From Acidobacteriota bacterium (lineage in GTDB: Bacteria; Acidobacteriota; UBA890; WLXD01), in assembly GCA_963666055.2 (NCBI GenBank), contig CAXWPH010000013.1, positions 15,406-79,405 of the forward strand: a stretch of DNA of 64,000 nt, in the 5' to 3' direction. The stretch's first letter is position 1. Each line of letters opens with the position of its first letter. Positions 20,455 to 30,431 of this stretch are shown piece by piece. The translations under genes and the position numbers were made by a program. Under the pieces are notes generated by a model. It searched no databases, was not told the DNA's origin, and saw nothing but the letters and a program-made list of their open reading frames with translations.

Positions 20455-22104
20455 ATGAAGTTCCACCGTCGCCACTCCCGTGACTTGACCCTGATGGGTC
20501 TGTCCTTCGTGGCTGCTGTTCTCGGCGCGTCTTCTGCCCTGGCCCAAGAGGGGCAACAGCATGCGACCGACGGCGCTCTCGGGGTGGTCGTGTTTCCGAT
20601 CTCATGTGCTCCTGCCGTGCAGGCCGAGTTCAAGCGTGGGGTCGCCCTGCTCCATCACATGATGTACGTCGAGGCTCGGAGTACCTTTCAGGACATTGCG
20701 AGAACGGATCCCGGGTGCAGCATGGCGCATTGGGGTGTCGCCATGACGCTGTTCCAACCGTTGTGGCCGACCCGGCCGGGGCCAGAAGAGCTCACGAGGG
20801 GCTGGGAGGCGATCCAGAGAGCAAAGGAACGGGCTCCTGGGAACGACCGGGAGAAGGGCTACATCGCGGCGGTCGAGGACTTCTATCGCGAACCGGAGAG
20901 CACGGATTACTGGGCCAGAATCCGGCGCTTCGAGCAGGGAATGGAGAAGCTGCACGAGTCCTATGGCGATGATCGGGAGGCCGCGGCGTTCTATGCGCTG
21001 TCACATCTGGCGACGGCGCCGCAATCGAGTGATCGACTGGCCCACCATGCGAAGTCTGCGAAGATTCTGCTAAACAACTACGAGGCGGAGCCGACTCACC
21101 CAGGCGCTCTCCACTACACCATTCACGCGAACGATATCGAGGGTCGACAGCGGGAAACGCTGGACGTGGTCCAGGGCTACGATGACATCGCCCCGAGCGT
21201 TCCTCACGCGCTGCACATGCCGACCCACATCTTCGTAAGGCTCGGCGACTGGGGGGAGGTGATTCGCTGGAACGAGAAGTCGGCGGATGCCGCCTTGAAT
21301 TTCCCCGCCGGCGATGCGACTTCGCATCACTACCCGCATGCCCTCGACTACTTGATCTACGCTCACCTGCAACGCGGTGACGACAATCGGGCAAAGGAGA
21401 TCCTCGAGGCGCTCGATTCGAGAGACAACTACCAGCAAACGTTCATTAGCGCCTACCATCTGGCGGCGATCCCAGCGCGTTACTTGGTCGAGCAACGGCA
21501 ATGGGCCGAAGCCGCGGCGATACCAGAGCGCACCCCGCGTTCGTTTCCCTGGCAGCTGTTCCCCTGGCCTGAGGCGACCAACCAGTTTGCTCGGGGTCTC
21601 GGAGCAGCACGCTCTGGCGATCTCGCCGGTGCCCGAAGGGCGGCGGCCAGGTTGGCCACATTGAGGGAGACGGCGGAGACGGCGGGTGAGGAGTACTTCG
21701 CTCAGCAGATTGAGATCGGGCGAATGGCGGTTGCGGCCTGGCTTGCGCACGCTGAAGGCAAGGACGATGAAGCGCTGCGGTTGATGCGATCGTCAGCCGC
21801 GCTGGAGGAGTCAACCGAGAAACATCCGGTCACGCCTGCGGCCATTCAACCAGCATACGAGCTGCTGGGAGACCTGCTGTTGGAACTGGAACGTCACACA
21901 GACTCACTCGACGCCTACAAGGCTTCCCTCAAAGCGTGGCCGCGCCGCTTCAATAGTTTGTTGGGGGCTGCCCGGGCGGCCGCGGGCGCGGGCGATAGGG
22001 TGCAGGCGGCCTCGTATTACTCGAAACTCCTGCAGCTGGCCAGCGAAGCGAGCAGCGACAGGCCGGCCCTCGGAGAGGCAGCAGCCTATCTAGGCGCAAG
22101 CTGA
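20455..22104 (+). CDS. Secreted TPR-like protein
   Basis: GGAGG RBS, signal peptide, HPGALHYTIH, HALHMPTHIF motifs, helical repeats. Confidence 0.8.
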   Translation: MKFHRRHSRDLTLMGLSFVAAVLGASSALAQEGQQHATDGALGVVVFPISCAPAVQAEFKRGVALLHHMMYVEARSTFQDIARTDPGCSMAHWGVAMTLFQPLWPTRPGPEELTRGWEAIQRAKERAPGNDREKGYIAAVEDFYREPESTDYWARIRRFEQGMEKLHESYGDDREAAAFYALSHLATAPQSSDRLAHHAKSAKILLNNYEAEPTHPGALHYTIHANDIEGRQRETLDVVQGYDDIAPSVPHALHMPTHIFVRLGDWGEVIRWNEKSADAALNFPAGDATSHHYPHALDYLIYAHLQRGDDNRAKEILEALDSRDNYQQTFISAYHLAAIPARYLVEQRQWAEAAAIPERTPRSFPWQLFPWPEATNQFARGLGAARSGDLAGARRAAARLATLRETAETAGEEYFAQQIEIGRMAVAAWLAHAEGKDDEALRLMRSSAALEESTEKHPVTPAAIQPAYELLGDLLLELERHTDSLDAYKASLKAWPRRFNSLLGAARAAAGAGDRVQAASYYSKLLQLASEASSDRPALGEAAAYLGAS

Positions 22105-22262
22105 AGGGGTCATGTAGTAGCAGAGGAAGGGCGCCCATGTCCCCGCATCTGCGTGGTGCGGAAACAACCAGGGTTGTCGGACTCAAAAATCCGGTGAAAG
22201 CTCGGTGGCACTCGGTCGGGTTGGCATGAGGGCATCGTCTGTGGACCCTCGCGTGCCCCAAC

Positions 22263-22364
22263 GATAGGCTTCAGGCGCTCACCCAACCCCCGTCCGGTAG
22301 CGCCATGGAACCCGGCACCAAACTAGGCCACTTCGAGATCACCGAGCAGCTTGGTGCAGGCGGC
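22263..22364 (+). repeat. Kinase-family leader plus 5' fragment ([20 protein letters not shown])
   Basis: gataggcttcaggcgctc...agcgccATG leader shared with the other kinase starts. Confidence 0.88.
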
Positions 22365-22591
22365 TGGAGCGGCACCGCGCGTGCCGTGATATATCCGCCG
22401 AGAGCATCCGGTACTTCGACGACAGCGGCATCGCCCGAGTCATCCTGGTAGGGGGCGGCAAGGGGTACCTCGACAAGAGCAGAAACCTCGGTAACAGCAT
22501 GTGCGGCTAGCACGGCCACCAGGGCCGTAAGTACCAATCTCAACTGCCTGTTCCTGCGCTCTAGCCTGTCGAGCCGCTGCTCCCAATCCAT
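22365..22591 (-). pseudogene. 5' fragment of a coiled-coil/TM hypothetical (MDWEQRLDRLERRNRQLR)
   Basis: Runs into the kinase fragment; a similar N-terminus occurs near 46350. Confidence 0.5.
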
Positions 22592-22959
22592 CGCGCCCCT
22601 CACCGTTCGTAGTGATTTGTTCCACTAGCGTGGGCCGAGCGCGGCGCGCAGACAAGGGCATCCCCGTAAATGTTTGCTCCTGACCAGCTCCAAGGACCAG
22701 GGGTTGTCTGTCGTCATCGACCCCGAAGCCGTCGGCCGTTTGAGTCGATAGAGATCGCCTACAGGGTGACGGAGCGTTTGACCTGCCCCCTCCCGCCTCT
22801 CGAGAGTTAGGTCCGTGACCTCTGAAAACAGGCCGTTATCGGTCGGTTAGCGAGCCGCTATCGCCACGTGAGGCGCACCGACAGCCGCCTGAGTGCTTCG
22901 GGACGGATCAAAGAATGGAGTCGCTCTACGGGCCACAGAGCCTTTCTTCGTGCAGCCGA

Positions 22960-23176
22960 CCGTAGCCTCTTCTGGACCGGCATCACCGGCCAGCGGGCGG
23001 TGCGGCGCGGTCGTTGGAAGTACCTGCGCGACGGAAGCACAGGGCTGCTGTTCGACCTGCAAGCCGACATCGGCGAACGCAACAACGTGTTCCGTGACCG
23101 CCCGGAGCTCGCGCGCGAGTTGCATGCGGAGCTGAATGCGTGGGTCGAGCTGCTGCCGGAGCCCGAGCGGCAATAA
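22960..23176 (+). pseudogene. Sulfatase C-terminal remnant
   Basis: LFW...AVRRGRWKY...LFDLQADIGERNNV. Confidence 0.7.
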
Positions 23177-23538
23177 CTCAGGCCGAACGCTCTACCCTAC
23201 GCGCCTCGGTTAGCGATGGGCGACGCCGCAGAACACAGTGCGCCGCGGCCGTCCCAGGTTCCAGAGAGGAAGGATCCGTGGATGCCGACAGCGTCGGCTA
23301 CCGATGCGACAGTTTCGAGACATACTCCGGCTCAAACACGAGGCGGTTCCATGAGGGAGCGCATTCGCGCTGGGCCTACTGGCCCACATCCCCCACATCC
23401 TGAATCGCGTTCATCAACCCCAACTTCTCCCGGCACTATCACAGTCAGCTACATGGATATTGAGTAGTTGGGATTCCTCGTCGGGCAGGTCGTTCTCCAG
23501 CCAGGCGAGAAGGGTGGGCCAGGTGGGGCAGGTATCGG

Positions 23539-24561
23539 TCATTCGTGCCGGGGACGGCACTCGTTGATGAGAATGTCCAGGATCTTGTCCGCTCCTTGCG
23601 GAGTCCGGGGAACGCGATGAGCCACGTTGGGCAGCACATCCACGCGACCCATCGGGGAGTGATTCTCGATCAGCAGGTCGTGATAGGTCAGTCCGCGCCG
23701 GATGTTGGGCTCATCGTTTTCTCCCTGCACGAACCAAACGAACGTCCCCGGGTAGAAATAGTCGCCGTACCCAGAGGCCACGCTCGCCTCTCGGAGTTGA
23801 TCGCGGAATGCGTTGTCGCCTTGCGCACAAGGACCAGAACCATCCGGTGGATAGCCGAAACCTTCATCTATTAGCCGGTCCGCTGGGAAGCTATCGTTCT
23901 CGAGTCCAAGGCGCATGACTTCATTGTCCGGATCATCTCGAAGGCAACTGAGGTCGAGGCGGCCCATGGGTGGACCACCGGTGGGCACAACGGCATCCAG
24001 TACCTGGTCCAAGCCGTAGTGAGTCAACATATAGCTGATTTGCGCCGCGCCGCCTGATTGCCCGGTCGCGCAGTAGGCCAGCTCCGGAAGCTGCTGGTGG
24101 ATGTTCTCGTAAACCCAACGAGCCACCGTTGCTGGTCGGCAGGCAAGTCGCGCATGGCCTGCTTCCTCGCCTGGCGAAGCCATTAGCCAGCCATCAACCC
24201 ACTGAAGCTGCGCGGTGTGGAACCCCGCTGAACGGAGTCCATCGACGATTCGTTGCCCATGCTGGTAGTTCTCCTCATACAACCTCGTCCCCCCGCCACC
24301 GGACGCGATCAGAACCGTCCCCCTGGCCGGAGGCTCGGTCGGCATCCCGACCTTCACGATGGCCCGTGCGGGTGCGGCGACGTTCGCGCACGTCACCTGA
24401 ATCTCGCAGCCTTCCCCGTCACATGGCACTGACCCGGACATAACCTCGACTTCCCCTGTGGGCCAGGGAACTTGCGGGTTTTGGGTCGGCTCGCTGACCT
24501 GCGCCGAAGCAAGCACGGCAATCAACGCTAGGAAACCCACGGCACTTCGTCGGTAGCTCAC
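23539..24561 (-). CDS. Secreted alpha/beta-hydrolase-fold protein
   Basis: Signal peptide, GQSGG nucleophile elbow, GEND and VAH; GGAGG RBS. Confidence 0.7.
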   Translation of the reverse strand: MSYRRSAVGFLALIAVLASAQVSEPTQNPQVPWPTGEVEVMSGSVPCDGEGCEIQVTCANVAAPARAIVKVGMPTEPPARGTVLIASGGGGTRLYEENYQHGQRIVDGLRSAGFHTAQLQWVDGWLMASPGEEAGHARLACRPATVARWVYENIHQQLPELAYCATGQSGGAAQISYMLTHYGLDQVLDAVVPTGGPPMGRLDLSCLRDDPDNEVMRLGLENDSFPADRLIDEGFGYPPDGSGPCAQGDNAFRDQLREASVASGYGDYFYPGTFVWFVQGENDEPNIRRGLTYHDLLIENHSPMGRVDVLPNVAHRVPRTPQGADKILDILINECRPRHE

Positions 24562-24585
24562 GGGTACCTCCTCACTTGTTGTCGG

Positions 24586-25223
24586 TCACCGTCCCGTCGG
24601 CACCCGCTGCTTCAGCTCCTCGAACCAGTTGAGCACGACGTGGATCTGCGTGATTGGCTCCGGTTTGGCCCATTGGATCATCACAAAGTCGCCGTCGGGG
24701 GTGATGTCGAAGCTATGCGATCTCAATGGACCATGCGCCGTTGCGAATCGGCCTTGCATCTCGAATAGCCGGCGGGGCTTCCCGGGAGCGAAACCCGAGT
24801 CGTAGTTCACATCAACGACCATCATCGCGCCTCCCCCACTGGTCATGTAGTAGATCGCACGCCCGTCCCTGGACCAGACTGGCCAACCCCCGGAATCGGT
24901 CGAGATCTGCGTCCTTTCGCCCGGCCCTGGATACGGCTGGACATAGGTGTGCCAGTCGCCTGACTCCAGCGAGTGGTAGACGATCCACTTGCCATCCGGT
25001 GAGAACATGGCTCCGCTCTCCCAAGCCGTAGAGGCGGACAGATCCAGCGGCCGTCCTCCGTTCTCCAGCGGCAGGAGCCGGATGTTCTCTCCAGTCTTTG
25101 GATGGATCTGTTGGTAGGCGAGGAACTCACCGTCAGTGGAAAGGATTGCGGGTATATGGGGTATTCGGCCTCCAGGAGTTGTCGCGGCGTGCCGCTGCCA
25201 TCCGCAGGGCGCATGAGGCGCAC
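24586..25223 (-). pseudogene. Kinase-family C-terminal PD40 region, frameshifted
   Basis: [39 protein letters not shown]. Confidence 0.85.
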
Positions 25224-25381
25224 GGCTTTCGCCGTTTCTCGTTGACAGGGACCCGTTTGCGGCGGCTCAAGTAGTCGACTCCAGTCGACTGGCGTCTACT
25301 GGAGTGAACCCCCGTCGTGGAGACGTTTTGGAGACGCCTATGTTCAACCCCTCGTGCGTCGCGAGTCGCCGAACTCGCCTG

Positions 25382-27385
25382 CTAGGTCTTCGCCGACAAA
25401 AGCTCACTCACGGCGCGGTGAGCCTGACCGATGGCGATCTCCGTCATGGCCCGTGCGCCGGTGTCGGAGTTGGCGATGGCGATCCGGCCACGAGGATGCC
25501 GGGCGGTGACCCACGGGGCACGCTCGGGCGGCACCTCATCGGGCCTCCACGCGATCTGACCCGTCTTCGGATCGAGGCCTTTGGCATAGCCGTGCGGCCA
25601 GCGGTTCACCGTGATGGCCTCGATGTCGCGCGCCGGGTCGAAGCCTCCGGCGGACAGTATCCGGCCGAGCTGGTCCCTGATCTTGCGCTCGAAGGTCGCG
25701 AACGTCGTCGCCAACAGACCATGGCGGGCTGCCTTCCACTGCTCAGCCACGGACCGCCCGCGGGCCTCCGGTACGAGGGGAACGCGCCACATGCGCACGA
25801 CGATGGGCTCCTCGGGCGTGCTCGCGTGTCGGTAGTTGCCGATGCTGATGGGTGGCGGCACATTCACGTTCTCGAAATAACTCCCCGGGCAGCGCACCCT
25901 GCTCACACCGAGCCTGGCGAAGGCGGTCCAGTTGCGGATCAGGACGTTGGTGTAGACAAGGGGCGACTTGAGTGCGTTCGATAGCGCCCGTTTTTGAGTA
26001 TCCGGCAGTTCCTCGCAAATCAAAGGGATCACGGCGTTGTAACAGGCGAGCACGCAACGACCGGCGCGAACGCGCCGGGCGTGGCCGTCGCGGACGTAGG
26101 TGACCTCGACCTCCTTGGCGGTTCGTCGATCGCCACGGTGAGCTACCCGCACCGCTGTGCTCTCCAGACGCACGCGGACAGCCGAGCCCTCCCGATCGAG
26201 CTTGCCGTAGTCGAACGGAGCGTCGACGACGTCCTCCATCGTGCTGCCGGGAGCGACCTCTGGGATCAGCGACCGGACGATCAGACGCGCGATTGACGCG
26301 TTGCCATCCGGAAACTGGAAGAAAGCACGCTCCTCGGCGGTATCATCGGCACCATCATCGTCCTCGCCGAGCCCCAGCCCGGTGGTCCCAGGCCAGCTGC
26401 CGGCGCCGAGCCAGGTGGGGACGCCATCGAGGCCGATAGTCCAACCGCCGGAGGTCTCGAGGAAGGAGATTGCCTCGCGACCTACCTTGGCCACCTTCAA
26501 GAGAAAGTCTTCGTAGCTCGTGTTGCGAAGAAACTCGACCTTTTCCTCCAAGCTGAGGTGCGCCAGGTAATCGATGTTCGGCTCGTGGAGTCTTACAAGG
26601 TCATCGCGTGCCGTTTCGGACAGGGGCGCGCGCGCCAGGAACTCGCGCCAAGAGGGCTCGCCTTCGCCTACTAGCAGCCGATCGGTGCCGAACGTTTCGC
26701 GGTCGAAGAAAACCGATCCGCGCATACCGAGCGAGCTGTACAGATCGCTATCGACGAATTCGGAGTAACGGCTTACGTCGATGCCAATCCCGCGGATCAG
26801 GCGCTGGGCTCCTTCACCGTACTCGTTCAGGTTGGAGATAAAGATCGTGCCGCCATGTGACAGGAACATCCGACCGTCGAGCCGGAACTCGTTGCGCTTG
26901 GCATGACCGCCGAAGTCGTCGTGATTATCGAGAATCAAGATGCGGGCGCCGGGAACAGCTTCTTGGTAGAACCACGCCGCCGCGAGGCCGCTGAGGCCAC
27001 CGCCAACCACGACCAGATCATAGAGCTCACCCGTCTCCTCCGCGTTGTCCCAGCGCATGCCTTCGACAAGCTGGTGGGCAACCTCGTAGGAGCCGTCGTG
27101 GCTGCCGCGCATACCAGTGCGGATGGGTGGATACGTGTCGGCGAGGGCCTGTGAGACCCCTCCCGGAGCCTCAGGGCTCGCCAAGGCGTTCGTCTGCGCC
27201 CATGGGAACGTGAGGCTGCCGCTCAGCGCAACGCTGACACCGGCGACGAAGTCGCGACGGGTAATCTCCCGGTGCATCCCGAGATCACGATCATCACTGC
27301 TGGACACAGGTCCTCCGGATTCTTTGACGCCGTAGCTGCGCGGAACGTCGGTTCTCGAGTCCCTACCGATTCCTCTCGTGTCCAA
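25382..27385 (-). CDS. Tat-exported FAD oxidoreductase, spermidine dehydrogenase-like
   Basis: LGMHREITRRDF Tat motif, VVVGGGLSGL, DNHDDFGGHAKRNEF, ITVNRWPHGY; true start probably slightly downstream. Confidence 0.85.
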   Translation of the reverse strand: MDTRGIGRDSRTDVPRSYGVKESGGPVSSSDDRDLGMHREITRRDFVAGVSVALSGSLTFPWAQTNALASPEAPGGVSQALADTYPPIRTGMRGSHDGSYEVAHQLVEGMRWDNAEETGELYDLVVVGGGLSGLAAAWFYQEAVPGARILILDNHDDFGGHAKRNEFRLDGRMFLSHGGTIFISNLNEYGEGAQRLIRGIGIDVSRYSEFVDSDLYSSLGMRGSVFFDRETFGTDRLLVGEGEPSWREFLARAPLSETARDDLVRLHEPNIDYLAHLSLEEKVEFLRNTSYEDFLLKVAKVGREAISFLETSGGWTIGLDGVPTWLGAGSWPGTTGLGLGEDDDGADDTAEERAFFQFPDGNASIARLIVRSLIPEVAPGSTMEDVVDAPFDYGKLDREGSAVRVRLESTAVRVAHRGDRRTAKEVEVTYVRDGHARRVRAGRCVLACYNAVIPLICEELPDTQKRALSNALKSPLVYTNVLIRNWTAFARLGVSRVRCPGSYFENVNVPPPISIGNYRHASTPEEPIVVRMWRVPLVPEARGRSVAEQWKAARHGLLATTFATFERKIRDQLGRILSAGGFDPARDIEAITVNRWPHGYAKGLDPKTGQIAWRPDEVPPERAPWVTARHPRGRIAIANSDTGARAMTEIAIGQAHRAVSELLSAKT

Positions 27386-27456
27386 GCTCTACCGTTCCGG
27401 AGCCTACTGCCCAGCTGGGCTGAGCGCCACGGCACGTCGGAGGGAAATCCGCCGAC

Positions 27457-27500
27457 TGTGTCACGTGTCCGGTGCACCTCGCCCATCCCGCCGGGTCCGA
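27457..27500 (-). repeat. Kinase-family 5' fragment (GPGGMGEVHRTRDT)
   Basis: Glycine-loop coding sequence abutting an IS end. Confidence 0.65.
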
Positions 27501-27568
27501 CAACCTCTTGTCAGCATCGACTCTATGAGTTACGAAGTGGCCCAAACACTCGGCGCAGGGCAAGGTCA
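27501..27568 (+). mobile_element. Solo IS3-family end
   Basis: About 60 bp nearly identical to the reverse complement of 63186-63247 (tctatgagttacgaagtggcccaaacact). Confidence 0.8.
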
Positions 27569-27607
27569 AACTTCATTGCCAGTCCTGCCCCACACGTGGA
27601 GGAAGCC

Positions 27608-28639
27608 ATGAGACGTACCGCTCCTCTGATCCTGACCCTCGCCCTGTTTGGCTGCGGTTCACCCGCTCCCGAGCCTGCGGGTGAGGATCCGGTGACTGCA
27701 CCTGACGCTGAGGTCGAGATCACGGAATGGCTGGTTCCGTGGGAGGGCACGACTCCTCGAGATCCGTACGTGGGCCCGCAGAACCATGTTTGGTTCGTTG
27801 GGCAGGGAGGAGACTACATCGCATCTTTCGACCCAACGACTGGCGAGTTCACCCGCTTCGACCTGGATCCTGGAACCGGCCCGCACAACCTGATCGTGGA
27901 TGATGACGGCAGCGTCTGGTACGCGGGAAATGCAGCCGCCCATATCGGCAAGCTAAATCCGGAGAGCGGAGAGATCACCAAGCTCCCCATGCCAGATCCG
28001 GCAGCGGGGGATCCGCACACGCTCGTGTTCGACCAGAATGGCGACATATGGTTTACGGTGCAGGCGGGGAACTTCGTCGGCAAGCTGTCGCCTCGGTCTG
28101 GCGAGATTCAGTTGATCTCTGTGCCGACAGAAGGTGCGCGTCCGTACGGCATTGTCATCGACTCCAACAACCGGCCGTGGATCGTCGAATTCGGCGTCAA
28201 CAAGATTGCGACTGTTGATCCCGACACGATGGCACTTGAGGAGATAACGCTGCCCCGCCCGGAGACCCGGCCTCGCCGACTCGCAGTAACCTCAGACGAC
28301 AAGATCTGGTACGTCGACTACGGTCAAGGATTCCTTGGTCGGCTCGATGGTGTCACCCACGAAATCGAAGAATGGCCAGTGCCTGCCGGGAGCGGCGCCC
28401 TGGCGTATGGCATGGCGGTAGATGATCGCGACCGCCTTTGGTTCGTGGAGAGCGGTCCGCAGCCAAATCGATTGGTTGGATTCGACCCGGCTACGTCGGA
28501 GTTCTTCAGCATCACCGAGATTGAAAGCGGTGGTGGGACGGTGCGTCACATGTACTTCGATGAACGAAGTCGAGAGATCTGGTTTGGGACCGACACCAAC
28601 TACATCGGCAGAGCCCGGCTTAAGGCACTGTCAACTTAA
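27608..28639 (+). CDS. Vgb (virginiamycin B lyase)-like beta-propeller lipoprotein
   Basis: LFGC lipobox; repeated PH/PY-G-I...WF motifs (PRDPY, PHNL, PHTL, PYGI). Confidence 0.8.
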   Translation: MRRTAPLILTLALFGCGSPAPEPAGEDPVTAPDAEVEITEWLVPWEGTTPRDPYVGPQNHVWFVGQGGDYIASFDPTTGEFTRFDLDPGTGPHNLIVDDDGSVWYAGNAAAHIGKLNPESGEITKLPMPDPAAGDPHTLVFDQNGDIWFTVQAGNFVGKLSPRSGEIQLISVPTEGARPYGIVIDSNNRPWIVEFGVNKIATVDPDTMALEEITLPRPETRPRRLAVTSDDKIWYVDYGQGFLGRLDGVTHEIEEWPVPAGSGALAYGMAVDDRDRLWFVESGPQPNRLVGFDPATSEFFSITEIESGGGTVRHMYFDERSREIWFGTDTNYIGRARLKALST

Positions 28640-28928
28640 CCGCCCGAGCCTGTGGAGCTCTCACCGACGAGCGACACGTATCCCCGAGGCCCGGGACTGG
28701 GTCTCCCTGGTACACGAACAGCTCGATCCGGCCCGGTACCGCCCCCGGGATCTCGTGTACGAGGGAGAAGCTCGGGGACAACTGGAGGCCGGGGGCCTAG
28801 GCGGATAGCCGCTCCCGGAGTTGCCGGATCATCGTCATCGTCGTCACAGCGTCACTGCCCTAGACGCGTCCGGGTACCCCGGGTCCCGTGCAGCGGCGGT
28901 CGCGCGCTCGGGAATCAGGCTGGGGCCG

Positions 28929-28987
28929 CTACGGGTCCGTCGGCACGAGCCGCTTTAGCTCGTCGAACCAGTTGGTGATCAGCGTCA
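28929..28987 (-). repeat. Kinase-family 3' end fragment ([18 protein letters not shown])
   Basis: Direct sequence match to the other tail copies. Confidence 0.88.
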
Positions 28988-29154
28988 GGGGCAGAAGGGC
29001 CCATTCGCTGTACGTGACGGAGCAGACTCTCGACTGCCGGTTGTACCTGATGCTGCGCCCCTTCCTCGTGTCGATCCCCGGTTTGGCCTACGATCAGCGG
29101 CATCCCACGGTGACAGACACGGGCCCCGCTGCCCATTGTGTGAGGAGTGCCGCG

Positions 29155-29655
29155 ATGAAACTCATGGGGCGAATTGTATTGACGCTGGTGGTGCTGCTCG
29201 TTGGGCCCATGTCAGCGGTCAGTGATGAGGCGTCCATCCAGGTGGCCGACTCGGTCGAAGCGGTTCGGCAGATGTTCGTGGGCAATTACGAGCTCGTAGA
29301 ATACGAGTCGTTTCCGTCGCCTGGCGAGGTCGTTGCGCGGCACTATGTCGCTCGGATCATGTACGACGCCTACGGCAACATGGCGGCAATCGGCATGCCG
29401 AAAGACCTGCCAGAGCTCGACCGAGCGTCGGACGACGAACGGGCACGACGTGGCTTTGCCTATTTCGGCAAGTTCCAGATCAACATCGAGGAAGGCACCG
29501 TCACCCACCACTTGATCGGCTCGCCAGTAGCGGCGCGATCGGTGGGCGAGGGCTGGGTGCGGTATTACGAGTTCGACGGCGACCTGCTGACGCTGTCCAT
29601 CAAGAACGCTGAGGGTCGCATCACCGGCCAGCTAACATGGAAGAAGTTTGGATAG
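29155..29655 (+). CDS. Lipocalin-like domain protein, secreted
   Basis: FVGNYELV, IMYDAYGNM, FAYFGKF, VTHH, RYYEFDGDLLTL, LTWKK pattern. Confidence 0.75.
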   Translation: MKLMGRIVLTLVVLLVGPMSAVSDEASIQVADSVEAVRQMFVGNYELVEYESFPSPGEVVARHYVARIMYDAYGNMAAIGMPKDLPELDRASDDERARRGFAYFGKFQINIEEGTVTHHLIGSPVAARSVGEGWVRYYEFDGDLLTLSIKNAEGRITGQLTWKKFG

Positions 29656-29739
29656 GGCGGAGCCTAGGTGATCGTTCCTGGCGCTACGGACGAGCGGAAT
29701 CGAAGGTCGCTAGGCGGCTCGCGAGACTCGGCTACGACC

Positions 29740-29799
29740 CTACGGGTCCGTCGGCACGAGCCGCTTCAGCTCGTCGAACCAGTTGGTGATCAGAACCAC
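29740..29799 (-). repeat. Kinase-family 3' end fragment ([19 protein letters not shown])
   Basis: Direct sequence match to the other tail copies. Confidence 0.88.
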
Positions 29800-29914
29800 A
29801 TCGGTCTTCAGTCGAGACAGGTGTGGAGATACACCGGCCCCTCAACTCCAACGGGGTGCCGACGCGCCGCCACCTCGCCCCTCCTGAGGGACACGGGTTC
29901 GCCGAGCTACGCCA

Positions 29915-30250
29915 TCAGGCGGCGGGCATGATCCTGGCCTTGAGCTGCATCAGCACCAACGCGACAGCCATCCCCTGGACGCCGGTCGCAACGCCGTCGA
30001 GAACTGAATTGACCCACGGACCGACAACAGCGATGGCGTCCAGACTGTCGGAAAAGACCGGGAGTGTCACCGCAACGACGTAGATCACCGTCCGTTGGTT
30101 GACATCAGCGTTGTCGCTGCCCATGAAACCCGCAACCAAACCGAGGACGACGAGGGCGAGTCCGGCGTACGGGACCGCTTCGGCAATGGCCGGGACGGTT
30201 CCCAGGATCGCGACGACTACGATTAGGGCGATGAGGACACGTTCGGGCAT
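29915..30250 (-). CDS. Small multi-pass membrane protein (copy 2)
   Basis: Close paralog of 6423-6758, including flanks. Confidence 0.75.
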   Translation of the reverse strand: MPERVLIALIVVVAILGTVPAIAEAVPYAGLALVVLGLVAGFMGSDNADVNQRTVIYVVAVTLPVFSDSLDAIAVVGPWVNSVLDGVATGVQGMAVALVLMQLKARIMPAA

Positions 30251-30431
30251 TCTGACGCTCCTTTCAGCTGCGCTTCCGCGACCAACGCGAAGACGCGGAC
30301 TTCGAAACGCCACCAGCGAGCCAAGGGGAGCCGGCGACACAGGCGCACTGAAGCCGAAACGCAGCGCTTTTACAACCGTCGAGCGCTGTTTTGAACTCGA
30401 TGCCGCGTGGTGGATCGCGAGGCTGACGGCG

